DNA of 64,000 nt. It comes from Eledone cirrhosa (taxonomy: Eukaryota). The notes under the pieces are model-generated. The model did no database searches. It was not told the DNA's origin and saw only the letters and a program-made list of their open reading frames with translations. A program made the position numbers and the translations under genes. This document shows, in pieces, positions 30,001-42,035 of this stretch. Positions within the stretch are counted from its first letter, which is position 1; each line of letters starts with the position of its first letter. The stretch spans positions 25,234,001 to 25,298,000 of the forward strand of contig OZ024744.1 in NCBI GenBank assembly GCA_964016885.1, in the 5' to 3' direction.

Positions 30001-33000
30001 AACAGCTCTATTGTCTTTAGTGAACCAGCTCCACTGTCTCTAGTGTACCAGCTCCAATGTCTCTAGTGTAACATCTCTATTGTCTTTAGTGTACCAGCTC
30101 CACTGTCTCTAGTGTACCAGCTATATTGTCTCTAGTGTACCAGCTCTACTATCTCTAGTGTACCAGCTCCACTCTCTCTAGTGTACCAGCTCCACTTTCT
30201 CTAGTGTACCAGCTCCATTGTCTTTAGTGTACCAGCTCTACTGTCTCTAGTGTACCAACTCCACTGTCTTTAGTGTACCAGCTCCACTGTCTCTTGTGTA
30301 CCAGCTCCATTGTCTCTAGTGTAACAGCTCTACTGTCTCTAGTGTACCAGCTCACTGTCTCTAGTGTACCAGCTCCACTGTCTCTAGTGTACAACCTCTG
30401 GTGTCTCTAGTGTATCAACTCTATTGACTCTAGTGTACCAGCTCTATTGTCTCTAGTGTACCAGCCACACTGTCTCTAGTGTACCAGCTCTACAGTCTCT
30501 ATTGTACCAGGTCCACTGCTCTCTAGTGTACCAGCTCTACTTTCTCTAGTGTACCAGATCTATTGTCTATAGTGTACCAGCTCCACTGTCTCTAGTGTAC
30601 CAGCTCCACTGTCTCTAGTGTACCAGATCTACTCTCTCTAGTGTACCAGCTCTACTGTCTCTAGTGTACCAGCTCTATTGTCTCTAGTGTACCAGCTCCA
30701 CTGTCTCTAGTGTACCAGCTCCACTGTCTCTAGTGTACCAGATCCACTGTCTCTAGTGTACCAGCTCTATTGTCTCTATTGTACCAGCTCTATTGTCTCT
30801 AGTGTACTCGTTCTACTGTCTCTAGTGTTCCAGCTCTATTGTCTCTAGTGTACCATCTCTATTGTCTCTAGTGTACCAGCTCTATTGTCTCTAGTGTACC
30901 AGCTCTATTGTCTCTTGTGTACCAGCCACACTGTCTCTAGTGTACCAGCTCTACAGTCTCTATTGTACCAGGTCCACTGCTCTCTAGTGTACCAGCTCTA
31001 CTTTCTCTAGTGTACAAGCCACACTGTCTCTAGTGTACCTGCTCTACAGTCTCTATTGTACCAAGTCCACTGTTCTCTAGAGTACCATTTCTACTGTATC
31101 TAGTGTACCAGCTCCATTGTCTCTAGTGTACCAGCTCCATTGTCTCTAGTGTACCAGCTCTACTGTCTCTAGTGTACCAACTCTACTGTATCTAGTGTAC
31201 TAGCTTTATTGTCTCTAGTGTACCAGTTCTATTGTCTCTAGTGAACCAACTCTATTGTCTCTAGTGTATCAGCTCCACTGTCTCTATTTTACCAGCTCTA
31301 CTGTCTCTAGTGTACCAGCTCTACTGTCTCTTGTGTACCAGCTCCACTCTCTCTAATGTACCAGCTCAACTGTTTCTAGTGTTCCAGCTCTACTGTCTCT
31401 TGTGTACCAGCTCCACTGTCTCTAGTGTACCAGCTCCACTGTCTCTAGTGTACCAGATCTATTGTCTATAGTGTAACAGCTCTATTGTCTTTAGTGTTCC
31501 AACTCCACTGTCTCTTGTGTACCAGCTCCACTGTCTCTAGTCTAACAGCTCTATTGTCTTTAGTGTACCAGCTCCACTGTCTCTAGTGTACCAGCACCAC
31601 CGTCTCTAATGTACCAGCACTCCTGTCTCTAGTGTACCAGCTCTATAGTCTCTAGTGTACCAGCTCTACTGTGTCTATTGTACAAGCTCGACTGTCTTTT
31701 GTGTATCCGCTCTATTGTCTCTAGTGTACCAACGTTACTGTCTCTGGTCTACTAGGTCCACTTTATCTCGTGTACCAGCTCTATTGTCTCTAATATACTA
31801 CTACCAGCTCTACTCTCACTAGTGTACCAGCTCTATTGTTTCTAGTGTACCAACTCCACTGTTTCTAGTGTTCCAGCTCTACTGTCTCTAGTGTACCAGC
31901 TCCACTTTCTCTAGTGTACCAGCTCCACTGTCTTTAGTGTACAGGCTCTATTGTCTCTAGTGGAACAGCTCTATTGTCTTTAGTGAACCAGCTCCACTGT
32001 CTCTAGTGTACCAGCTCCAATGTCTCTAGTGTAACATCTCTATTGTCTTTAGTGTACCAGCTCCACTGTCTCTAGTGTACCAGCTATATTGTCTCTAGTG
32101 TACCAGCTCTACTATCTCTAGTGTACCAGCTCCACTCTCTCTAGTGTACCAGCTCTATTGTCTTTAGTGTACCAGCTCCACTGTCTCTAGTATACCAGCT
32201 CTATTGTCTCTAGTGTACCAGCTCCACTGTCTCTAGTGTACCAGCTCTACTGTCTCTAGTGTACCAGCTCTACTTTCTCTTGTGTACCAGCTCCACTGTC
32301 TCTAATGTACCAGCACTCCTGTCTCTAGTGTACCAGCTCTACTGTCTCTAGTGTACCAGCTCCACTTTCTCTAGTGTACCAGCTCCACTGTCTTTAGTGT
32401 ACAGGCTCTATTGTCTCTAGTGTAACAGCTCTATTGTCTTTAGTGAACCAGCTCCACTGTCTCTAGTGTACCAGCTCCAATGTCTCTAGTGTAACATCTC
32501 TATTGTCTTTAGTGTACCAGCTCCACTGTCTCTAGTGTACCAGCTATATTGTCTCTAGTGTACCAGCTCTACTATCTCTAGTGTACCAGCTCCACTCTCT
32601 CTAGTGTACCAGCTCCACTTTCTCTAGTGTACCAGCTCCATTGTCTTTAGTGTACCAGCTCTACTGTCTCTAGTGTACCAACTCCACTGTCTTTAGTGTA
32701 CCAGCTCCACTGTCTCTTGTGTACCAGCTCCATTGTCTCTAGTGTAACAGCTCTACTGTCTCTAGTGTACCAGCTCACTGTCTCTAGTGTACCAGCTCCA
32801 CTGTCTCTAGTGTACAACCTCTGGTGTCTCTAGTGTATCAACTCTATTGACTCTAGTGTACCAGCTCTATTGTCTCTAGTGTACCAGCCACACTGTCTCT
32901 AGTGTACCAGCTCTACAGTCTCTATTGTACCAGGTCCACTGCTCTCTAGTGTACCAGCTCTACTTTCTCTAGTGTACCAGATCTATTGTCTATAGTGTAC

Positions 33001-36000
33001 CAGCTCCACTGTCTCTAGTGTACCAGCTCCACTGTCTCTAGTGTACCAGATCTACTCTCTCTAGTGTACCAGCTCTATTGTCTCTAGTGTACCAGCTCCA
33101 CTGTCTCTAGTGTACCAGCTCCACTGTCTCTAGTGTACCAGATCCACTGTCTCTAGTGTACCAGCTCTATTGTCTCTATTGTACCAGCTCTATTGTCTCT
33201 AGTGTACTCGTTCTACTGTCTCTAGTGTTCCAGCTCTATTGTCTCTAGTGTACCATCTCTATTGTCTCTAGTGTACCAGCTCTATTGTCTCTAGTGTACC
33301 AGCTCTATTGTCTCTTGTGTACCAGCCACACTGTCTCTAGTGTACCAGCTCTACAGTCTCTATTGTACCAGGTCCACTGCTCTCTAGTGTACCAGCTCTA
33401 CTTTCTCTAGTGTACAAGCCACACTGTCTCTAGTGTACCTGCTCTACAGTCTCTATTGTACCAAGTCCACTGTTCTCTAGAGTACCATTTCTACTGTATC
33501 TAGTGTACCAGCTCCATTGTCTCTAGTGTACCAGCTCCATTGTCTCTAGTGTACCAGCTCTACTGTCTCTAGTGTACCAACTCTACTGTATCTAGTGTAC
33601 TAGCTTTATTGTCTCTAGTGTACCAGTTCTATTGTCTCTAGTGAACCAACTCTATTGTCTCTAGTGTATCAGCTCCACTGTCTCTATTTTACCAACTCTA
33701 CTGTCTCTAGTGTACCAGCTCCACTCTTTCTAGTGTACCAGCTCTACTGTCTCTAGTGTAACAGCTCTATTGTCTTTAGTGTACCAGCTGTACTGTCTCT
33801 TGTGTACCAGCTCTACTGTCTCTAGTGAACCATTTCCACTGTCTCTAGTGTAACAGCTCTACTGTCTCTAGTGTACCAGCTCTACTGTCTCTAGTGTACC
33901 AGCTCTACTGTCTCTTGTGTACCAGCTCCACTGTCTCTAATGTTCCAGCTCCACTGTTTCTAGTGTTCCAGCTCTACTGTCTCTTGTGTACCAGCTCCAC
34001 TGTCTCTAGTGTACCAGCTCCACTGTCTCTAGTGTACCAGATCTATTGTCTATAGTGTAACAGCTCTATTGTGTTTAGTGTACCAACTCCACTGTCTCTA
34101 GTGTACCAGCTCCACTGTCTCTAGTGTTACAGCTCTATTGTCTTTAGTGTACCAGCTCCACTGTCTCTAGTCTACCAGCTCCACTGTCTCTAGTGTACCA
34201 GCTCCACTGTCTCTAGTGTACCAGCTCTATTGTCTCTAGTGTACCAGCTCTACTATCTCTAATGTACCAGCACCACTGTCACTAGTGTACCAGCTCTATT
34301 GTCTCTAGTGTACCAGCACTACTGTCTCTAGTGTACTAGCTCTATTGTCTCTAGTGTACCAGCTCTACTCTCTCAAGTGTACCAGCTCCACTGTCTCTAG
34401 TGTACCAGCTCCAATATCTCTAGTGGACCAGCTCCAATGTCTTTAGTGTACCAGCTCTACTGTCTCTGGTGTACCAGCTCTACTGTCTCTAGTGTACCAG
34501 CTCCACTGTCTCTAGTGTACCAGCTCTATTGTCTCTATTGTACCAGCTCCAATGTCACTAGTGTACCAGCTCTACTGTCTCTGGTGTACCAGTTCTACTG
34601 TCTCTAGTGTACCAGCTCCACTGTCTCTAGTGTACCAGCTCTATTGTCTCTAGTGTACCAGCTCCAATGTCTCTAGTGTACCAGCTCTATTGTCTCTAGT
34701 GTACCAGCTCCAATGTCTCTAGTGTACCAGCTCTACTGTCTCTAGTGTACCAGCTCTGCTGTCTCTAGTGTATCAGCTCCAATGTCTCAAGTGTACCAGC
34801 TCTATTGTCTCTAGTGTACCAGCTCTACTGTCTCTAGTGTACCAACTCCACTCTCTCTAGTGTACCAGCTCTACTGTCTCTGATGTACCAGCACTCTTGT
34901 CTCTAGTGTACCAGCTCTATTGTCTCTAGTGTAACAGCTCTACTGTGTCTATTGTACCAGATCGACTGTCTCTTGTGTATGCGCTCTATTGTCTCTAGTG
35001 TACCAACTTTACTGTCTCTAGTTTACTAGCTCCACTTTATCTCGTGAACCAGCTCTATTGTCTCTAGTGTACTACTACCAGCTCTACTCTCACTAGTGTA
35101 CCAACTCTGCTGTCTCTAGTGTACCAGCTCCACTATCTCTAGTGTACCAACTCTACTGTCTCTAGTGTACAAGCTCTACTGTCACTAGTGTACCAGCTCT
35201 ACTTTCACTAGTGTACCAGCTATATTGTCACTAGTGTACCAGCTCCACTGTCTCTAGTGTAACATCTCTATTGTCTCTAGTGTACCAGCTCTACTGTCTC
35301 TAGTGTACCAGCTCTGCTGTCTCTTGTGTACCATTTCCGCTGTCTCTACTGTAACAGCTCTACTGTATGTAGTATACCAGCTCTACTGTCTCTAGTGTAC
35401 CAGCTCTACTGTCTCTAGTGTACCAGCTCTATTGTCTCTAGTGTACCAGCTCTACTATCTTTAGTGTACCAGCTCCACTGTCACTAGTGTACCAGCTCTA
35501 CTCTCTCTAGTGTACCAGCTCTACTGTCTCCAGTATACCAGCTCTATTGTCTCTAGTGTACCAGCTCCACTGTCTCTAGTGTACCAGCTCTATTGTCTCT
35601 AGTGTACCAGCTCTACTATCTCTAGTGTACCAGCTCCACTGTCACTAGTGTACCAGCTCTACTCTCTCTAGTGTACCAGCTCTACTGTCTCCAGTATACC
35701 AGATCTATTGTCTCTAGTGTACCAGCTCCACTCTCTCTAGTGTACCAGCTCTATTGTCTCTAGTGTACCAGCTCTACTGTCTCTAGTGTACCAGCTCTAT
35801 TGTCTCTAGTGTACCAGTTCAACTGTCTCTAGTGTACCAGCTCTACTGTCTCTAGTGTACCAGCTCTACTGTCTCTAGTGTACCAGCTCTATTGTCTCTA
35901 GTGTACCAGCTCTACTGACTCTAGTGTACCAGCTCTATTGTCTCTAGTGTACGAGCTCTGCTGCCTCTAGTGTACCAGGTCCACTGTTCTCTAGTGTACC

Positions 36001-39000
36001 AGCTCTACTGTCTCTAGTGTACCACCTCTCCTGTCTCTAGTGTACCAGCTCTACTGTCTCTAGTGTACCAGCTCTACTGTGTCTAGTGTACCAGCTCCAT
36101 TGTCTCTAGTGTACCAGCTCTATTGTCTCTAGTGTACCAGCTCTATTCTCTCTAGTGTACCAGTTCTACTGTCTCTAGTTTACCAGCTATATTTTCTCTA
36201 GAGTACCAGCTCTATTGTCTCTAGTGTACCAGCACCAATGTCTCTAGTGTACCAGCTCTACTGTCTATAGTGTACCAACTCTATTGTCTCTAGTTTACCA
36301 GCTCCAATGTCTCTAGTGTACCAACTCTACTGTCTCTAGTGTACCAGCTCGACTGTCTCTAGTGTACCAGCTCCAATGTCTCTAGTTTACCACCTCTATT
36401 GTCTCTAGTGTAACAGCTCTACTGTCTCTAGTGTACCAGCTCCACTCTCTCTAGTATACCAGCTATACTGTCTCTAGTGTACCAGCTCTGCTGTCTCTCG
36501 TGTACCAACTCTACTGTCTCTAGTGTACCAGCTCTACTATGTCTAGTGTACCAGCTCCATTGTCTCTAGTGTACCAGCTCTATCGTCTCTAGTGTACCAG
36601 CTCTACTGTCTCTAGTGTACCAGCTCTATTGTCTCTAGTGTACCAGTTCAACTGTCTCTAGTGTACCAGCTCTACTGTCTCTAGTGTACCAGCTCTACTG
36701 TCTCTAGTGTACCAGCTCTGCTGTCTCTAGTGTACCAGCTCCACTGTCTCTCGTGTACCAGCTCTACTGTCTCTAGTGTACCAGCTCTACTATGTCTAGT
36801 GTTTCAGCTCCATTGTCTCTAGTGTACTAGCTCGATTGTCTCTAGTGTACCAGCTCTATTGTTTCTAGTGTACCATATCTATTGTCTCTAGTGCACCAGC
36901 TCTATTGTCTCTAGTGTACCAGCTCTATTGTCTCTAGTGTACCAGCCACAATACCTCTAGTGTACCAGCTTTACAGTCTCTATTGTACCAGGTCCACTGT
37001 TCTCTAGTGTACCAGCTCTACTGTCTCTAGTGTACCAGCCACACTGTCTCTAGTGTACCAGCTCTACAGTCTCTATTGTACCAGATCCACTGTTCTCTAG
37101 TGTACCATTTCTACTGTCTCTAGTGTACCAGCTCTACAGTCTCTAGTCTACCAGCTCTACTGTGTCTAGTGTACCAACTGCATTGTCTCTAGTGTACCAG
37201 CTCTACTGTCTCTAGTGTACCAGCTCTATTTTCTCTAGTGAACCAACTCTACTGTCTCTAGTGTACCAGATCCACTCTTTCTAGTGTACCAGCTCCACTG
37301 TCTCTAGTGTACCAGCTCTATCGTCTCTAGTGTACCAGCTCCAATGTCTCTAGAGTACCGGCTCTACTGTCTCTAGTGTACCAGCTTCACTCACTCTAAT
37401 ATACCAGCTCTATTGTCTCTAGTGTACCAGCTCTTCTGTCTCTAGTGTACCAGCTCTATTGTCTCTAGTGTACCAGCTCTACTGTGTCTATTGTACCAGC
37501 TCGACTGTCTCTTGTGTACCGCTCTATTGTCTCTAGTGCACCAACTTTACTGTCTCTAGTGTACTAGGTCCACTTTATCTCGTGTACCAGCTCTATTGTC
37601 TCTAGTGAACTACTACCAGCTCTACTGTTTCTAGTGTACCAACTATGCTATCTCTAGTGTACCAGCTCCACTGTCTCTAGTGTACCAACTCTACTGTCTC
37701 TAGTGTACAAGCTCTACTGTCACTAGTGTACCAGCTCCACTCTTACTAGTGTACCAGCTCTATTGTCTCTAGTGTACCAGCTCTAGTGCCTCTAGTGCAC
37801 CAGGTCCACTGTTCTCTAGTGTACCAGCTCTACTGTCTCTAGTGTACCACCTCTACTGTCTCTAGTGTACTAGCTCTACTGTCTCTAGTGTACCAACTCT
37901 ACTGTCTCTAGTGTACCAGATCCACTCTTTCTAGTGTACCAGCTCCACTGTCTCTAGTGTACCAGCTCTATCGTCTCTAGTGTACCAGCTCCAATGTCTC
38001 TAGAGTACCAACTCTACTGTCTCTAGTGTACAAGCTCCACTGTCTCTAGTGTACCAGCTCTATTGTCTCTAGCGTACCAGCTCTATTGCCTCTAGTGTAC
38101 CAGGTCCACTGTTCTCTAGTGTACCAGCTCTACTGTCTCTAGTGTACCACCTCTACTGTCTCTAGTATACTAGCTCTACTGTCTCTAGTGTACCAGCTCT
38201 ACTGTGTCTAGTGTACCAGCTCCATTGTCTCTAGTGTACCAGCTCTATTGTCTCTATTGTACCAGCTCTATTGTCTCTAGTGTACTCGTTCTACTGTCTC
38301 TAGTGTTCCAGCTCTATTGTCTCTAGTGTACCATCTCTATTGTCTCTAGTGTACCAGCTCTATTGTCTCTAGTGTACCAGCTCTATTGTCCCTTGTGTAC
38401 CAGCCACACTGTCTCTAGTGTACCAGCTCTACAGTCTCTATTGTACCAGGTCCACTGCTCTCTAGTGTACCAGCTCTACTTTCTCTAGTGTACAAGCCAC
38501 ACTGTCTCTAGTGTACCTGCTCTACAGTCTCTATTGTACCAAGTCCACTGTTCTCTAGAGTACCATTTCTACTGTATCTAGTGTACCAGCTCCATTGTCT
38601 CTAGTGTACCAGCTCCATTGTCTCTAGTGTACCAGCTCTACTGTCTCTAGTGTACCAACTCTACTGTATCTAGTGTACCAGCTCTATTGTCTCTAGTGTA
38701 CCAGCTCTACTGTCTCTAGTGTACCAACTCTACTGTATCTAGTGTACCAGCTTTATTGTCTCTAGTGTACCAGCTCTATTGTCTCTAGTGAACCAACTCT
38801 ATTGTCTCTAGTGTATCAGCTCCACTGTCTCTATTTTACCAACTCTACTGTCTCTAGTGTACCAGCTCCACTCTTTCTAGTGTACCAGCTCTACTGTCTC
38901 TAGTGTAACAGCTCTATTGTCTTTAGTGTACCAGCTGTACTGTCTCTTGTGTACCAGCTCTACTGTCTCTAGTGCACCATTTCCACTGTCTCTAGTGTAC

Positions 39001-39492
39001 CAGCTCTACTGTCTCTAGTGTACCAGCTCTACTGTCTCTTGTGTACCAGCTCCAATGTCATTAATGTTCCAGCACCACTGTTTCTAGTGTTCCAGCTCTA
39101 CTGTCTCTTGTGTACCAGCTCCACTGTCTCTAGTGTACCAGCTCCACTGTCTCTAGTGTACCAGATCTATTGTCTATAGTGTAACAGCTCTATTGTGTTT
39201 AGTGTACCAACTCCACTGTCTCTAGTGTACCAGCTCTACTGTCTCTAGTGTTACAGCTCTATTGTCTTTAGTGTACCAGCTCCACTGTCTCTAGTCTACC
39301 AGCTCCACTGTCTCTAGTGTACCAGCTCCACTGTCTCTAGTGTACCAGCTCTATTGTCTCTAGTGTACCAGCTCTACTATCTCTAGTGTACCAGCACCAC
39401 TGTCACTAGTGTACCAGCTCTACTCTCTCTAATGTACCAGCTCTACTGTCTCCAGTATACCAGCTCTATTGTCTCTAGTGTACCAGCTCCAC
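1..39492. repeat. 23-bp tandem satellite DNA array, about 1,700 units, consensus CCAGCTCTA(C/T)TGTCTCTAGTGTA; extends beyond the left window edge
   Basis: Continuous 23-bp periodicity from base 1 to about 39492, with point variants and occasional 22-, 24- and 27-bp units. Ends abruptly at ...CCAGCTCCAC|ACATATAT. Confidence 0.98.
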
Positions 39493-40331
39493 ACATATAT
39501 ATAGATATATACTTATATATATAACGGCGATGAATTTGTTTTGCGAGGGTTTTGATATGAAATAGTGTGTCGAAACAAATATTGTTATACTTTGGGAGGG
39601 TCATATTGTTGTAATAATATTGCCAGAAATAATAACAAGACACACGCCAGACAACAACATGACGGTAACATAGACAACATAGAAATTAAAATAATATCTA
39701 AACATAGAAATGACTTAACAGGTAGTCAAATCAGTGTGACAAGCGAAATAGAGCTAAGAAGACCAAAGCTAAACAGAAAAAAACTGAATGGAATAACAAT
39801 AACCCCCAAACAATTTTGACTGAAGAGAAATATAAATAGATAAATAAATAAATAGATTAATAAATAAATATATATATAAATATATACACAATAACAACAA
39901 ACTCATATAAACACACACTAGTAATCTAAGATAGAATAATATAACAAAAACACTGTCACCCAAACGCAAACACACTAAACACTATACACACACACAAACG
40001 CATGCACAGAGAAGAAGACAAAAATAAATAAATAAATAAACAGGTAAAATAAAGATGGCGTATATATACAATACAACCGGAGGAATATAATAGCACCACT
40101 GACGATGTTGCAGATGTGCAACCAAAAAAACTTTGTTAGACTATATATATATGTGTTTATATCTATATTGAATCTGTAATTTTGACCGTTAGTCAGTCAA
40201 TGGTAAACCGAATGAATTAACTGTGGAGATATAAAAGATTCAGAAGCGAAAACCAACCAAACAGTGAGTGTGTTCTGTTATATATTTCTAGCAATATCAT
40301 TACAACAATATGACCCTCCCCAAGAATAACA

Positions 40332-40333
<2 letters not shown>

Positions 40334-40407
<74 letters not shown>
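40334..40407. repeat. (TA)n microsatellite
   Basis: Direct reading. Confidence 0.95.
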
Positions 40408-40878
<471 letters not shown>

Positions 40879-41094
40879 TTAACATTTTCAAAGAAAAGCA
40901 AATTATGTGGGTGGGTGGACCATGAGTGAAACGGTAATTTGAAGATGTTGACTGTTACAACATGTGGCTTTTGTTTATGTATAGTTGCTATGTAAACACA
41001 GTATCATGTGTTTACAGATGCCAGAAAAGACATTGTATAAATCGTCGCAATATTGTGAGTTACAATTAAAAGTATTTAAACAGTTGGGATTCTC

Positions 41095-41647
41095 GGTGTG
41101 TTTAGACATATTTCTGAGTACATCTGGTCACATCTTGTTGTGTTTAGACATATTTCTGAGTACATCTGGTCATATCTTGGTGTGTTTAGACATATTTCTG
41201 AGTACATCTGGTCATATCTTGGTGTGTTTAGACATATTTCTGAGTACATCTGGTCATATCTTGTGGTGTTTAGACATATTTCTGAGTAGATCTGGTCATA
41301 TCTTGTTGTGTTTAGACATATTTCTGAGTACATCTGGTCATATCTTGGTGTGTTTATACATATTTCTGAGTATATCTGGTCATATCTTATGGTGTTTAGA
41401 CATTTCTGAGTACATCTGGTCATATGTTGGTGTGTTTGGACATATTTCTGAGTAAATCTGGTTATATCTTGGTGTGTTTAGACATATTTCTGAGTATATC
41501 TGGTCATACCTTGTTGTGTTTAGACATATTTCTGAGTACATCTGGTCACATCTTGTTGTCTGGTCATATCCTGGTGTGTTTATACATATTTCTGAGTACA
41601 TCTGGTCATATCTCGGTCTGTTTAGACATATTTCTGAGTACATCTGG
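41095..41647. repeat. 42-bp minisatellite, about 13 copies (TGTGTTTAGACATATTTCTGAGTACATCTGGTCATATCTTGG)
   Basis: 42-bp period seen directly; gives a 14-aa periodicity in the overlapping ORFs. Confidence 0.95.
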
Positions 41648-42035
41648 CCCTACTTAAAGATTTGTCGACCATTAAATTAACCTCATAGAGTTATATAGGG
41701 ATTACATAAGACAGCAACTATAAAAAATCTTAAATTATTTTAATAATATTTCTAAACGAAAATTAACCAGATTAACAAGATATCGAGTTACCGAGTTTCA
41801 TATCCGGTTCTTGGTATAGTGTTCTGACTTTGGCCGACTGAAGGGCACTTATCTCTCCAAGATATTGTTCTTCCTAGATTTAAAGAACTTAAATAGATAC
41901 CTACTATGAGACGCTTGACCAGGATTACAGATCTCGTTTGAAAACGAATGGGACACTAAGTTGACGTTTGGACAGAAAGAGAAAGAGAAAGGGAGGGAAA
42001 GAGAAAAAGAGAGAGAGAGCGAGAAGAGATAGATA

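Noticed and set aside
1-39492. CRISPR-like array, or coding ORFs (19206, 24255, 25848) in the 23-bp repeat
   Set aside because: Units are directly adjacent with no unique spacers, there are no cas genes, and the context is eukaryotic. The ORFs are chance stop-free runs of the satellite.
39525-39590. CGATGA...GAAACAAATATTGTT hammerhead-like words at the satellite border
   Set aside because: No convincing stem I or II; could be chance in AT-rich DNA.
40099-40131. Hammerhead-like CTGACGA followed by a GTTGCA/TGCAAC hairpin
   Set aside because: The GAAA box is absent (CAAAAAAAC) and there is no stem I or III partner; at most a decayed remnant.
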